NCBI GenBank assembly: GCA_044070495.1
Contig: JBIPSI010000011.1
Coordinates: 32,001-96,000, forward strand
Length of the DNA: 64,000 bases
DNA from: Spirulina sp.
GTDB lineage: Bacteria > Cyanobacteriota > Cyanobacteriia > Phormidesmidales > Phormidesmidaceae
Reading direction: 5' to 3'
Shown here: positions 48,711 to 59,782 of the stretch, one piece after another
Layout: each line of letters opens with the position of its first letter
How positions within the stretch are numbered: the stretch's first letter is position 1
Position numbers and translations under genes: made by a program
Notes under the pieces: generated by a model
What the model was told of the DNA's origin: nothing
The model's input: the letters and a program-made list of their open reading frames with translations, nothing else
Database searches by the model: none

Positions 48711-50120
48711 TTAGACGGGCAACTCGGCCCCCGCCGCCACCGCAATCTGAATATCTCCAGGCAAGTTAGCGACGCCGTGGTGGCGCAAAATACTGACATC
48801 TCCTTGCCGTGCATAGCCCACCGAAAACGTCCCGGCTTGGTTGAGATAGCACAGCCAGCGAATTTTTGCCGCCATTTCCTCGTGGGAAATCATTTCGCGC
48901 TGTTGCCACCAGGTCTTGGCAATGGCGGATAGCCCTAGTTCAAAGGTATATTCACCGGGCAAAATATCGAGAACAACCCGATGGTAGCAGATCACTTTGC
49001 TGTTGGCCCCTAGGGATTGGGGTACGTCATTATCAAGCTGCCAGCTATTTCTGCCGTGCACTGTAATGCCGTGATCGTTTTTGATCATGATACCGCAGAT
49101 GGGAATATCAATATCCTCAAAGACCTCGAATTCGTAGTAGAAAATGGCCTCGTCTCCCTGCAGAAAGCTATGGCAAGGCTGATGGTTAGCATCACATATC
49201 ATCAATTTTGTACAAACCGCTTTGCCCTCGCCCACTTGAATGTTGCGGCTTACATCGATCATCTCCTTTGGATCGGGTAGCGGAAATTCGGCAGAGCCAA
49301 AAACAACCGTTTCGTCGGTCTTGTCATTGGAGGAGAAGGGGCGAAATGATAGTTCACCAGGCCTGACAAGATAGTCTTGGGTGGAAGATCGATGGAGTAA
49401 ATAGTAGCGTTTGACGGCTTCAATGGAATTTCCAATGAATTCCTGATGACCTTGATTTAGGATGAGGGCACGGCTGCAATACTGCTCAATATCGCCCATA
49501 GAGTGGGTGACCAGCAGGATTGAGGTTCCTTTTTTCCGTAGATCGTCTAGGCGCTCGTAGCACTTTTGCCGAAAGAAAATATCGCCCACAGCCAGGGCTT
49601 CGTCAATGATGAGAACATCGGCATCAATGTGGGCCTGCACCGCAAAGGCTAGCCTCACAAACATGCCGCTAGAGTAAGACTTGACCGGCTGATTGATGTA
49701 TTCACCAATGTCGGCAAAATCCACAATATCGACATATCTGGCCTCAATTTCTTCCCGCGACAGCCCCAGAATTCGCCCATTCAGAAAAATGTTCTCGCGA
49801 CCCGTAAAGTCCATATTGAAGCCGCTGCCGAGTTCTAGAAGAGCGGCAACTCGGCCCTGAATTGTGACCTGGCCAGCGGTAGATGCTAGGGTGCCCGCTA
49901 AAATTTGGAGCAGCGTACTTTTTCCACTGCCGTTGCGGCCAATGATGCCAAAGGTTTCCCCGGCATTGACTTCAAAGGAAATGTCGTGGAGCGCCCAAAA
50001 TTCTTGGAAGAATTGCTTCTTTCCCCGCCACATCATTTGCAGTAGGCGATCTTGGGGTTTGGGATATACCTGGTAGCACTTGCTTAGATTTTGAACAACA
50101 ACGGTCGCTTCAGCGGTCAT
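48711..50120 (-). CDS. wzt: Polysaccharide ABC exporter ATPase Wzt with C-terminal Wzt-C domain
   Basis: GRNGSGKS, YSSGMFVRLAF, DEALAVGD. Confidence 0.9.
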   Translation of the reverse strand: MTAEATVVVQNLSKCYQVYPKPQDRLLQMMWRGKKQFFQEFWALHDISFEVNAGETFGIIGRNGSGKSTLLQILAGTLASTAGQVTIQGRVAALLELGSGFNMDFTGRENIFLNGRILGLSREEIEARYVDIVDFADIGEYINQPVKSYSSGMFVRLAFAVQAHIDADVLIIDEALAVGDIFFRQKCYERLDDLRKKGTSILLVTHSMGDIEQYCSRALILNQGHQEFIGNSIEAVKRYYLLHRSSTQDYLVRPGELSFRPFSSNDKTDETVVFGSAEFPLPDPKEMIDVSRNIQVGEGKAVCTKLMICDANHQPCHSFLQGDEAIFYYEFEVFEDIDIPICGIMIKNDHGITVHGRNSWQLDNDVPQSLGANSKVICYHRVVLDILPGEYTFELGLSAIAKTWWQQREMISHEEMAAKIRWLCYLNQAGTFSVGYARQGDVSILRHHGVANLPGDIQIAVAAGAELPV

Positions 50121-50424
50121 GACAACTCCTCACAAACTGGGGATATCCCCAGGACGATCACCTTTGGTAAGTGCTATCCGTAGCCCAAGCGGGGGTCTGG
50201 TTGGCATGGCTATTGGGAACCCTCTACCGCGTTAGGCCTGTTTGGGAACAGGCTACCAGATAAAATATCGCAAGGGTCTCCCCTGCCCGAGGCTTTTATC
50301 TAAAAGGCGGCGATACGTTGTGATGCTGGGGATTGAGACGGAGAAGGGCAGTGGTAGGATAAGCAAGTCCATTTGGGCAGGCCCGTGAAGAATTGCGTTG
50401 TTTGGTTGAGGCTGGGTTAACTCC

Positions 50425-51588
50425 TTGACTGCTGGATTTTCCTACCGCTGCGAGGCTCGTTGTAGCCACACCCAGGCCAGGGCTGGGACGTTTCAGACCC
50501 CCCATGGCCCCGTGCAAACCCCTCGGTTTATGCCCGTGGGCACCTTGGCCAACGTCAAAACCGTGACCCCCGACCAACTCGCTACGACGGGGGCACAGAT
50601 GGTGTTGTCTAACACCTACCACCTGCACCTACAGCCAGGGGAGGACATTGTGGCGGAGGCGGGCGGGCTGCACCGCTTCATGGGCTGGAGCGGCCCCATG
50701 CTGACGGACTCTGGCGGCTTCCAGGTGTTTAGCCTCAGCCAAATTCGCACCATCACCGAGGAGGGGGTGACCTTCAAATCGCCCAAGGATGGCCGCACCA
50801 TTCACCTGCGCCCCGAAACCTCCATCGAAATTCAAAATACCCTGGGGGCCGATGTGATCATGGCCTTTGATGAATGCCCTCCCTACCCATGCAGCCGCGA
50901 GGCGGTGCAGGCTTCGACGGAACGCACAGGGCGCTGGCTAAAACGCTGTATCGCCGCCCACCAGCGGCCCGATCAGGCGCTGTTTGGCATTGTGCAGGGC
51001 GGAGTGTATCCCGATTTACGGCGGCGGGCGGCCCAGGAATTGGCGGAATTCGACCTGCCGGGCTACGCCATCGGCGGCGTCAGCGTGGGGGAACCGCCGG
51101 AACTGATCGAGACCATCGTCCAAGCCACAGCCCCCTGCCTGCCGGAGAACAAACCCCGCTACCTAATGGGGGTGGGCACCTACCGAGAAATGGCCCAGGC
51201 CATCGCTGCCGGGGTCGATTTGTTTGACTGCGTGATTCCGACGCGGCTGGCGCGCCATGGGGCAGCCCTAGTGGGCGGAGAACGCTGGAACCTGAAAAAC
51301 CAACGCTTCCGCCGCGACTACACCCCCCTCGATAGCACCTGTTCCTGCTACACCTGCCAGAATTTTACCCGCGCCTACCTCTGCCATTTAATCCACGCCA
51401 AGGAAATGCTGGCCTTCACCCTCATTTCCATTCACAACATTACAGAGCTGGTACGGTTTACCCAGCACATTCGGGAGGCGATTCTGGCAGACCGCTTTGT
51501 GGAGCAGTTTTCCCCCTGGTTAGCGGCCCAGCCCCCGGGAAGCCATAGCCGGGATGCCCTTCCCGATCCGCTCCCCGATGGAACATAA
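50425..51588 (+). CDS. tgt: tRNA-guanine transglycosylase
   Basis: [30 protein letters not shown]. Confidence 0.97.
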   Translation: MTAGFSYRCEARCSHTQARAGTFQTPHGPVQTPRFMPVGTLANVKTVTPDQLATTGAQMVLSNTYHLHLQPGEDIVAEAGGLHRFMGWSGPMLTDSGGFQVFSLSQIRTITEEGVTFKSPKDGRTIHLRPETSIEIQNTLGADVIMAFDECPPYPCSREAVQASTERTGRWLKRCIAAHQRPDQALFGIVQGGVYPDLRRRAAQELAEFDLPGYAIGGVSVGEPPELIETIVQATAPCLPENKPRYLMGVGTYREMAQAIAAGVDLFDCVIPTRLARHGAALVGGERWNLKNQRFRRDYTPLDSTCSCYTCQNFTRAYLCHLIHAKEMLAFTLISIHNITELVRFTQHIREAILADRFVEQFSPWLAAQPPGSHSRDALPDPLPDGT

Positions 51589-51840
51589 AGCCCTGGATTA
51601 GGCCTAGCCGCCTCCAGAACATGGAGGATGGGGCATGGGTCGCTAGGTTTTCCTGGGCCAAATCTCCCACCGTGAGCAGAATGGCTGCCTTCGGTCTGGA
51701 AAGATTGACAAGGGAGTAATCTTGCCTAGCCCGTCTAACGATCTCCCCCGCCCCCTAACCATGGGGAGAATCGGTCTCCAAGCCCCCCCTGTTCCTGATA
51801 CGGTTCCCTTGGCCATAGACTCGACACAGATGCCCAGAGG

Positions 51841-54800
51841 GTGGGGAGATGGAGGATTGGTATCCGTCGCCCCTGGGAGAAACCCCTTATTCTTGGGCAT
51901 GATGACAGTAGTCATGGTTTCCCGTTCAACCCTAACGTCTTGCGCCAACCGTCCGTGGGTATTTATCGCGATTTCAATACCTTTAACGACTCCCAGATGG
52001 GCTATCAGCGGTTAATGGACAGCCTGCCGGGGATTGTTTTTCAGGCGGCTAACGATGCCGATTGGCCCATGCGGTACCTCAGTGCGGGGTGTGAGCAATT
52101 GACGGGCTACTCGGCCCAGGAGTTGATAGGGGACGAGGGCGGCATCAACTATACCCAAATCACCCACCCCGAGGACTTGGATCGGGTGTTAATGACGATC
52201 CGCCGCAGCATAGCAACGCATCGCACTTACGAGGTGGAGTATCGCCTGTTAACCCGTGAGGGGGGCGAAAAATGGGTATGGGAGAAGGGGACGGCCATCA
52301 CCGATGCAGAGGGCCAGGTGACGGGCCTAGAGGGGTTTATCACCGATATCACCCCCCTCAAGCAGTCGGAGGCGGCCCTACGTGCCGTTGAGCAAGCCCT
52401 GAGAAATCGGGAAGCCTTTCTGCAACTGGTGCTGGATAGTATTCCTCAGCCCGTGTTTTGGAAAGATCGCCAGAGCCGCTTCCTGGGCTGTAACCGGGCC
52501 TTTGCCGAGGTGATGGGGTTGCCCAACCCCCCGGCCATTGTGGGCAAAACCGACGCCGACCTCAGTGCTATCAGTGCTGAGGATGTGGCCTACTACTGGG
52601 CCTGCGACCAACTGGTGATGAGCCGCAACCAGCCCGATCTTAATGCCCTAGAACCCCAGCGCTATGCCGATGGTCAGCGACGCTGGATCAACTGTAGCCG
52701 CCTACCGATGCACAATGCCCAGGGCGAGGTGATCGGCATCCTCAGCATCTTTTCCGACATTACCGATCAACTGCTGGCCCACCAAGCGCTGAAAAACCGC
52801 GAAGTCTATCTAGCTACGGTGTCGGCCCTTCAGCATCAGTTGATGTCTTGGCGGTGGGATTGGGCCGATCCCAACCTGATGTCGGTGTTTGCCACCCTAG
52901 GGAAAATATCCGGGGCCAGTCGGGTCTATTGCTACGAACTGTTCCAGGGCGAGGCGGGGCAGTTGTTGCTGCGGCAACGGTTTGAATGGTCGGCCCCGGA
53001 TATTGCAGGCACCATACACATTCCAGAATTTCAGGTGATGCCGGTGATACCGCTGTTTGAGGACTGGTATCACCAGCTCGCCCAGGGGCAGACCATCAAC
53101 CTCACCCAGGATCGGTTTTCGGAGATGCAGTACCAGGCGCTCTCCCTGCCCCCCAGCAATGTGAAGTCCCTGCTGCTGCTGCCCATCACCATTCAAGGTC
53201 AGTTGCAGGGGGTAATGGGCTTTAGCCAATGCCTGATCGCCCAAGTCTGGGAGCAGGCGGAAATTGATCTGCTTCAGGTGGTCACCGCCGACATTGCCCT
53301 TTCCCTAGAGCGGCAGCAGGCCGAGCAGGCCCTGCGGGAGGCGGAAGCCAAGTACCGTAGCATCTTTGAAAATGCGGTGGAGGGAATTTTTCAAAGCACC
53401 CTGGCAGGGCAATACCTCACGGCTAACCCCATGCTGGCCCAGATCTACGGCTACGACTCCGTTGAGGAGTTGATGACCCGCCTCACCGACATTGACCACC
53501 AGCTCTATGTGGATCCCCGCCGTCGTCAGGACTTTATTGAGGCGATGGCTACCACCGGATCGGTGATCGGCTTTGAGTCGGAGGTGTACCGCAAGGATGG
53601 CCACATCATTTGGATCTCCGAGTCGGCCAGGTCTATCTACGACGATCAGGGACTCATCATTGGCTACGAAGGCACCGTAGAGGACATCACCGAGCGTAAG
53701 CAGGGAGAGGTGGAACTGCGGCGTCGGGATCGCCTGTTGCAGGGGGTCGCCCAGGCCAGCCACTGCTTGCTGACTGCCACCCAACTGGATGCGGTGATCC
53801 CAGAGGTGCTGGCGATTTTGGGAGAAGCTGCCAATACGGATCGAGCCTACCTCTACGAGCATCATCCCCAGTCGGAATCCGGGGCTGTGGCCATGAGTAT
53901 GCGCTACGAGTGGACGAGACCAGGCATTACCCCCACCATTGCCCAAGCCCACTGGCAGGATCAATCCTACGACGCCCTGGGCCTCCAGCGCTGGTATGCG
54001 GCCTTTCTGGCGCACCAGCCCGTACGCGGCCTAGTGCGCCATTTTCCTCCCCACGAGCAGGAACTCCTCGGACGCGACGACATTCTCTCGATTTTGATGG
54101 TGCCGATTTTCATCGACCAAGACCTGTGGGGCTACATCGGCTTCGATGCCTGCCTCAGCGAGTGGGAATGGAGCACCAGCGACGAATCGATTTTGGTGGC
54201 GGTGGCGGCCAGCCTGGGCGGTCTGCTCAAGCGTCAGCGCACCGAACAGGAAATGTACTACCAGGCCTACCACGACACCCTCACCGGCCTGCCCAACCGC
54301 ACCTTTTTTGATCAGCACCTCCCGGAAGCGCTCAAACAGGCTCGCCACAGCGATCAAATGCTAGCGGTGATGTTTCTCGATCTGGATCGCTTCAAAACCA
54401 TCAACGATACCCTCAGCCATGCCGTGGGCGATCTGCTGTTGCAGCAAGTGACTCAGCGCATTGCCAAGAGCTTGCGGGTGGGGGATATTGTGTCCCGTTG
54501 GGGTGGCGATGAGTTCACCCTGATTTTGCCCAACATCACCAGCCCTGACGACTGCGCCAAGGTGGCCCAGCGCATTGCCCAACACCTGCGGGAACCCTTT
54601 CTGCTCCAGGGCCACGAGCTGTACATCACCACCAGCATTGGCATCGCCCTCTACCCCCACGACGGCAACGAGATGAGCGTGCTGCTGCAAAACGCCGATG
54701 CCGCCATGTATCGCGCCAAGGAGCAGGGCCGCAACACCTACCAGTTCTATACCCAGTCCCTCAGTACCGAGGTTAGCCAGCGGCTCCAGCTTGAAAGCTA

Positions 54801-55596
54801 CCTGCACCACGCCCTAGAACGCCAGGAACTGCGGCTGCACTACCAGCCCCAGGTGGATCTGACCACCGGAACCGTGGTGCAAATGGAGGCCCTACTGCGC
54901 TGGCAGCACCCCAACCTCGGCCTAATCAGTCCCCCTGCCTTCATTCCCCTGGCCGAGGAAACCGGACTGATAATTCCCATCGGGGAATGGGTGCTGCAAA
55001 CCGCCTGCCACCAAGTGATGGTCTGGCGACAGCGGCTAGGTCGTCCCCTACGCATCGCCGTCAACCTCTCAGCACGGCAGCTTCAGCATCCTGACTTGGT
55101 TGCCTTTGTGGCCAAGGTGCTCGCAGAAACGGGCCTACCCGCCCAGGATTTGGAGCTAGAAATCACCGAAACCGTTGCCATGACTGACGTTGACGCCTCG
55201 ATTCACCGTTTGCAGACCCTAGGGAAATTGGGGGTGCGCATTTCCATGGACGACTTCGGCACCGGCTATTCCTGCCTCAGCTACCTGAAGCAACTGCCCC
55301 TCAACGGCCTCAAAATCGACCGTGCCTTTGTCAAAGAGTTGCCCACCAACGCTGCCGACCAAGCCATGGTGCAGGCGATCACCGCCATGGCCCAGGGGTT
55401 GGGTCTCAGCGTGGTGGCCGAGGGGGTAGAAACCCTAGAGCAAATGGCCCACCTCAGCCACTACCACTGCCTTGCCATGCAGGGATACCTGCTGGGCAAG
55501 CCCCTACCTGCCGTCGCCGCTACCCATTACTTAACCCATCGTTACGATTACCTCACCCGTCCTTTGCCTCTATCCTGCGCCCCAAGGGCGTCCTAG
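51841..55596 (+). CDS. PAS/GAF sensor diguanylate cyclase-phosphodiesterase (GGDEF-EAL); start uncertain (alternative ATG 51997)
   Basis: Three PAS, two GAF, intact GGDEF, EAL and DDFGTG. Confidence 0.93.
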   Translation: MGRWRIGIRRPWEKPLILGHDDSSHGFPFNPNVLRQPSVGIYRDFNTFNDSQMGYQRLMDSLPGIVFQAANDADWPMRYLSAGCEQLTGYSAQELIGDEGGINYTQITHPEDLDRVLMTIRRSIATHRTYEVEYRLLTREGGEKWVWEKGTAITDAEGQVTGLEGFITDITPLKQSEAALRAVEQALRNREAFLQLVLDSIPQPVFWKDRQSRFLGCNRAFAEVMGLPNPPAIVGKTDADLSAISAEDVAYYWACDQLVMSRNQPDLNALEPQRYADGQRRWINCSRLPMHNAQGEVIGILSIFSDITDQLLAHQALKNREVYLATVSALQHQLMSWRWDWADPNLMSVFATLGKISGASRVYCYELFQGEAGQLLLRQRFEWSAPDIAGTIHIPEFQVMPVIPLFEDWYHQLAQGQTINLTQDRFSEMQYQALSLPPSNVKSLLLLPITIQGQLQGVMGFSQCLIAQVWEQAEIDLLQVVTADIALSLERQQAEQALREAEAKYRSIFENAVEGIFQSTLAGQYLTANPMLAQIYGYDSVEELMTRLTDIDHQLYVDPRRRQDFIEAMATTGSVIGFESEVYRKDGHIIWISESARSIYDDQGLIIGYEGTVEDITERKQGEVELRRRDRLLQGVAQASHCLLTATQLDAVIPEVLAILGEAANTDRAYLYEHHPQSESGAVAMSMRYEWTRPGITPTIAQAHWQDQSYDALGLQRWYAAFLAHQPVRGLVRHFPPHEQELLGRDDILSILMVPIFIDQDLWGYIGFDACLSEWEWSTSDESILVAVAASLGGLLKRQRTEQEMYYQAYHDTLTGLPNRTFFDQHLPEALKQARHSDQMLAVMFLDLDRFKTINDTLSHAVGDLLLQQVTQRIAKSLRVGDIVSRWGGDEFTLILPNITSPDDCAKVAQRIAQHLREPFLLQGHELYITTSIGIALYPHDGNEMSVLLQNADAAMYRAKEQGRNTYQFYTQSLSTEVSQRLQLESYLHHALERQELRLHYQPQVDLTTGTVVQMEALLRWQHPNLGLISPPAFIPLAEETGLIIPIGEWVLQTACHQVMVWRQRLGRPLRIAVNLSARQLQHPDLVAFVAKVLAETGLPAQDLELEITETVAMTDVDASIHRLQTLGKLGVRISMDDFGTGYSCLSYLKQLPLNGLKIDRAFVKELPTNAADQAMVQAITAMAQGLGLSVVAEGVETLEQMAHLSHYHCLAMQGYLLGKPLPAVAATHYLTHRYDYLTRPLPLSCAPRAS

Positions 55597-55667
55597 CCTA
55601 GGTTCTGGCCTTTGCCCCCAGCCCCCCTCATCAAGCCTCACTCCTATATCAGTGAAGAATTATTGAG

Positions 55668-55681
55668 GTATCACAAGTTAC
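55668..55681. promoter_or_regulatory. NtcA-type box
   Basis: GTA-TCACAAGT-TAC, 65 nt upstream of the ATG; -10 candidate AAGGAT is imperfect. Confidence 0.5.
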
Positions 55682-55746
55682 ACGGTCTTCCTTGGGAACA
55701 TTGAAGGATGTAGAGGCCAGGGTTGCGAACGCACCCTTAACACCCC

Positions 55747-56214
55747 ATGAACAACGCACTCCTTGAGGCTATTCAAAAATCCGATGGTCGCTACCTGAAC
55801 GACCAGGAACTACGACCCTTCGATGAGATTGCTGAAGCCTTCCAGGCGCGCATCACCGGATATTTGTACATCAAAGAGCACAGCAAGGAACTGGTAATCA
55901 ACGCCCTGCGGCGGCTGATTCAAACCCCCCATCGGCAAGTCGTGCAGGAGCATGGGGCGCAGTGCCAGCGGGATATGATGTACACCCTGGAATACATCGC
56001 CAAGGGGCTGTTGCTGCGGGATGAAGACGGCTTCATGGAAGAGTATCTGGTGTGGATGCAGAACATCATCCGCGCCTTCCACCGCCAAGATGCCTGCGTG
56101 GTAGCCTACAAATTACTGAAGGAAGAGGTGCGTAGTTCCATGCCTGGTGATCAGTGTAATATGGTCGTGCTCTACCTGGAAAAACTGATCGAAGCCCTCG
56201 ATACAGGCATCTAG
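55747..56214 (+). CDS. Divergent phycobiliprotein-like (globin-fold) protein
   Basis: N-terminal SDGRYLNDQEL and QCQRD, equivalent to the bilin-binding ACLRD motif. Confidence 0.75.
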   Translation: MNNALLEAIQKSDGRYLNDQELRPFDEIAEAFQARITGYLYIKEHSKELVINALRRLIQTPHRQVVQEHGAQCQRDMMYTLEYIAKGLLLRDEDGFMEEYLVWMQNIIRAFHRQDACVVAYKLLKEEVRSSMPGDQCNMVVLYLEKLIEALDTGI

Positions 56215-56346
56215 TCAGGTATAAAAAGAACCCATGACTCTCCTGATAAATCCGTAGCGATCCCCATGGAGTGCTCGGCCATCACCCACCGCATCGCCGC
56301 AACCTCAGTGGATGCCGCTAGGTCAGGGGAATCATGCCAATACACG

Positions 56347-56371
56347 GTAGGGGCGATGAGACCTCGCCCCT
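56347..56371 (+). repeat. GTAG-type REP
   Basis: GTAGGGGCGA-TGAGACC-TCGCCCCT. Confidence 0.65.
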
Positions 56372-56670
56372 GTGAACCGTGGGCAAGCCATCAGACTTGA
56401 GTAAGCGCATCCCCGACTCCGATAAATTCGAGGGGGGGAGGTGCTTTTGTGGCCTAGCGTTATGCAAACTTATGTAGGGAAATGCCCAGAAACCCTGATC
56501 GCCGCCTACAGTTAAACCATGTCCCTAAATCCTTGGTGTCGAGGCTGACCCCAGGGGCAATGGATTACTAACGACGACCAGCGTAGCACCCTTCCCAAAT
56601 CCTGGGATTTACAACTGGTGTTCTAGGGGCCGTTCCAGGTCGTTATCCCTCACCACAGGTAGATGCCACC

Positions 56671-56856
56671 ATGGGAAAATCACGCATGAGTTCCCGCCAG
56701 CGATCCTACGAAGCGGATCTGATTAATCGGCTTTCCGATAACTATCAGATCAATCAAGCCCAAAAGCGTATGAATGTTTGGGGCTCGCGGGATCGAGATA
56801 TCATCGACCAACAACTGAGTTCTCGCACGAAAAACCGCCTAAGAAATAGCTATTAA
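56671..56856 (+). CDS. Possible small basic protein (61 aa)
   Basis: ATG-started ORF in a long intergenic region; no recognisable motif. Confidence 0.4.
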   Translation: MGKSRMSSRQRSYEADLINRLSDNYQINQAQKRMNVWGSRDRDIIDQQLSSRTKNRLRNSY

Positions 56857-56857
56857 T

Positions 56858-56943
56858 ATGGGATAAATTAGCATGGAATAGATTAGTGTGGGATAGATTA
56901 GCAACTCGCAATCCATTCGATACCTAAATCCATTCGACTCCTA
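56858..56943 (+). repeat. 15-bp x3 and 17-bp x2 tandem repeats
   Basis: atgggataaattagc/atggaatagattagt/gtgggatagattagc; aatccattcgataccta/aatccattcgactccta. Confidence 0.75.
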
Positions 56944-56974
56944 GGAAACGCGGCTTCAGCCCTGGGATAGCGCC

Positions 56975-59737
56975 ATGCAAATTTTATCCGTTAGCCTCCA
57001 AAGTTTCAAAGCTCACCAAGATCGGTTCTTTGAGTTTCAGCCTGGTACCAATGCTATCTGTGGCGAGAACGGAGCCGGGAAAACCAGCATTTTGGAGGCC
57101 ATCGCCTGGGTATTGTTCAACTACCAGGGCGACTATGCCAAGGAAGACCTGATTCGCAACGGCAGCAGCAGCGCCCAGGTGACGGTGGCCTTTGTGTCTA
57201 ACTTCGACAGCCGCACCTACACCGTGCAGCGCTGCACCCAAAAGGGTTACCTCCTGTTTGATCCCCAGCGGAATGAACGGCTTCCCTACACGCGTCTTAA
57301 GGACGAGGTGTTGCCCTGGCTGCGGCAGCATTTGGGGGTGAGCCCGACGACCAACCTGCCTCAATTATTTGCGCGTACGGTGGGCGTTCCCCAGGGCACC
57401 TTTACGGCAGACTTTTTACAAACCGCCGAGCAGCGCAAGGCCGTTTTTGATGCCATCCTCAAGGTGGAGGAGTATAAGCAGGCCTACAAACAAATGAATA
57501 CCCTGCGCCGCTATGCCGAGGATCAGGTGGAGCAGGTGAAGCGCCAGATTCAGCAGTACGAGGAATCCCTGACCCAGTGGGAGGAACTGGCCCAACGTCA
57601 GCAGGGATTGACCCAGGATATCCAGACCGCCGAGCAGCGATTGACCGGGCTACAGCAGGATCTCCAAGGGCTTCAGGCCGAGCGGGACGCGGTGAAGGCC
57701 CAAGCCCAGCAGGTGCAAGCCCTCAGCCAACAGCGACAGACCATTGCCCTCCAGCGGCAAACCAAGGAAAAGGAGTTGGCGCGACTTCAGGGATTGGTGC
57801 AGCAGGCCCAGCAGGCGGTGGAGATTTGTACGGCCAATCGCACGGCCTACGAGGGCTACCAGGCCGCCGAAAAAGCCCTGGTGGAACTGAACCAGCGCCA
57901 AGGTCAGCGCCAAACCCTGCAACGCCGTTACCAAACCCTGCAAACCACCTACGGCCAAAAACAGGCAGAACTAGCCCGCTGGCAAACCCAGATTGAGGCT
58001 TTGGATCAAACCGCCCGTGAGTTGGAAGCCCTAAAACCTCTGGTAGCCGAGCAGGATCAAATCGAAGCCCAACAGCGAGACTACCAGGCCCAGCGGGATC
58101 AGCTTCAGGCGGTGGAGGCCCAGATTCAGGCCCTTCAACAGCAGCAAAAGCACTTGGAACAGCAGCAGCGCCAGGTGACCCAGACTCAGACCCGATTGGC
58201 CCAGCTTCGGCCTGCGGTGAGTGAGATTGCTGGACTAGAGGAACAGCGGGATCGCCTGCAACAGCACCTCAGCCGCCTTGCCGCCGCCCGTCAGTTTGAG
58301 GCGGATATTCAAACCCTCGTGGCCCACAGCCGCCAGCAGCAACAGGCCCAGGCGGGGGATATTCAAGACATTTTGGCGGAATTTGAGACGCTAATTCGCA
58401 GTGTGCCGCTGATTTCTGGAGAAACCGTCCACAAGCTGCAAACGGCTCTGCAAAATGCCTCAGATCTCCATGGCGAACTGCTATCTGCCCTGGATGGCAT
58501 TCTGCGAGACCTGGCCGACCAAACCGACGAAGCCAGCCTTAAGATCAGTCTAAAAGGGCTAACCAACGATCTGCAAAAGCGCTACGGTTGGCGGGCCGAA
58601 CTGGATCAGGAGGAAGTCCTCAATACCCAAGCCGATCAATTGCAGCGGGAACAGACGACCCTGACCGAGCAAATCGCCACCCTCACCCAGCAGTTGGCAC
58701 AACGGGCTACGGTAGACGCCGCGCTACAAAATCTCGCTAAGGATCTAGAAGCCATCGGCCATCCCCGCCAGAAGCAGGCCATTTTGCAGCGCACCTTGCA
58801 AGATCGGGCCAAGGTCGAAAAAACCTGTGCCGAATTAACCGCTCAGCAGCAGACCATGACCCAGCAAATGGCCGATCTGGCCGCGCAACTGGAGGCGTTT
58901 CAGTCCCTAGAGGCCGACATTGCCGCCCAGCAAGCCCAGCGCAGCACCTACCAAGCCCCCTACGAGCAATACCTCCGCAACCGCGACCAGGCCAACCAGT
59001 GCACCCCTCTGAAGCGAGACCTGGGCACCACCGAAACCGATTTGGAACAGCTCGAAGCCCAGCGCCTAGACCTCGAAACCCGCTACGCCGAAGCCATCGC
59101 CACCTACGACCCCGCCCAGGCCGAAGCCCTGGAAACCCGCTACGCCACCCTAAAAACCGAGGCCGACCAACTGGCGGGGAGTCTACCCCAGCAGCGTCAA
59201 CGTCTAGCGGACTTAGATCAACAACTGGCGGGCCTTGCTACCCTGGCCGAAAAACGGGATGCCGCCCAGGCAGACCTCAAGGCTAAGGAAAAAATCAAGC
59301 GCTTTGTCAACTTTGCCCGCAAGGCTTACAACGAAGCTGGCCCCCGCATCACCGAGCAGTACGTCCGCAGCATTTCGGTGCAGGCGGATCGGCTGTTTCG
59401 GGAATTACTCAACCGCCCCGATGTGGCCCTGGAATGGAGCCGTGACTACGACATTCTGGTGCAGGATGGCCCCCACCAGCGGCGGTTTGTGAACCTCTCT
59501 GGGGGCGAACAAATGTGTGCCGCCCTAGCCGTTCGCCTTGCCCTGCTGAAGGTGCTGGCCGACATCGACATCGCCTTTTTTGACGAACCCACCACCAACA
59601 TGGATAAACCCCGCCGCCAGGGCCTCGCGGAAGCCATCAGCCGGATTAAATCCTTCAAGCAACTGTTCGTGATCAGCCACGACGACACCTTTGAAAGCAT
59701 CACCGAAAACGTCATCCTGGTAGAACGAGAAGCCTAA
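56975..59737 (+). CDS. sbcC: SbcC/Rad50-like SMC ATPase
   Basis: GENGAGKT, long coiled coil, LSGGEQ, FFDEPT, ISHD. Confidence 0.85.
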   Translation: MQILSVSLQSFKAHQDRFFEFQPGTNAICGENGAGKTSILEAIAWVLFNYQGDYAKEDLIRNGSSSAQVTVAFVSNFDSRTYTVQRCTQKGYLLFDPQRNERLPYTRLKDEVLPWLRQHLGVSPTTNLPQLFARTVGVPQGTFTADFLQTAEQRKAVFDAILKVEEYKQAYKQMNTLRRYAEDQVEQVKRQIQQYEESLTQWEELAQRQQGLTQDIQTAEQRLTGLQQDLQGLQAERDAVKAQAQQVQALSQQRQTIALQRQTKEKELARLQGLVQQAQQAVEICTANRTAYEGYQAAEKALVELNQRQGQRQTLQRRYQTLQTTYGQKQAELARWQTQIEALDQTARELEALKPLVAEQDQIEAQQRDYQAQRDQLQAVEAQIQALQQQQKHLEQQQRQVTQTQTRLAQLRPAVSEIAGLEEQRDRLQQHLSRLAAARQFEADIQTLVAHSRQQQQAQAGDIQDILAEFETLIRSVPLISGETVHKLQTALQNASDLHGELLSALDGILRDLADQTDEASLKISLKGLTNDLQKRYGWRAELDQEEVLNTQADQLQREQTTLTEQIATLTQQLAQRATVDAALQNLAKDLEAIGHPRQKQAILQRTLQDRAKVEKTCAELTAQQQTMTQQMADLAAQLEAFQSLEADIAAQQAQRSTYQAPYEQYLRNRDQANQCTPLKRDLGTTETDLEQLEAQRLDLETRYAEAIATYDPAQAEALETRYATLKTEADQLAGSLPQQRQRLADLDQQLAGLATLAEKRDAAQADLKAKEKIKRFVNFARKAYNEAGPRITEQYVRSISVQADRLFRELLNRPDVALEWSRDYDILVQDGPHQRRFVNLSGGEQMCAALAVRLALLKVLADIDIAFFDEPTTNMDKPRRQGLAEAISRIKSFKQLFVISHDDTFESITENVILVEREA

Positions 59738-59782
59738 TACCCAATTCGATTTAGAAAACTCCAATTTCCGACTCGACAAACC

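Noticed and set aside
50130..50420. preQ1 or other riboswitch upstream of tgt
   Set aside because: Only isolated short hairpins; no recognisable consensus
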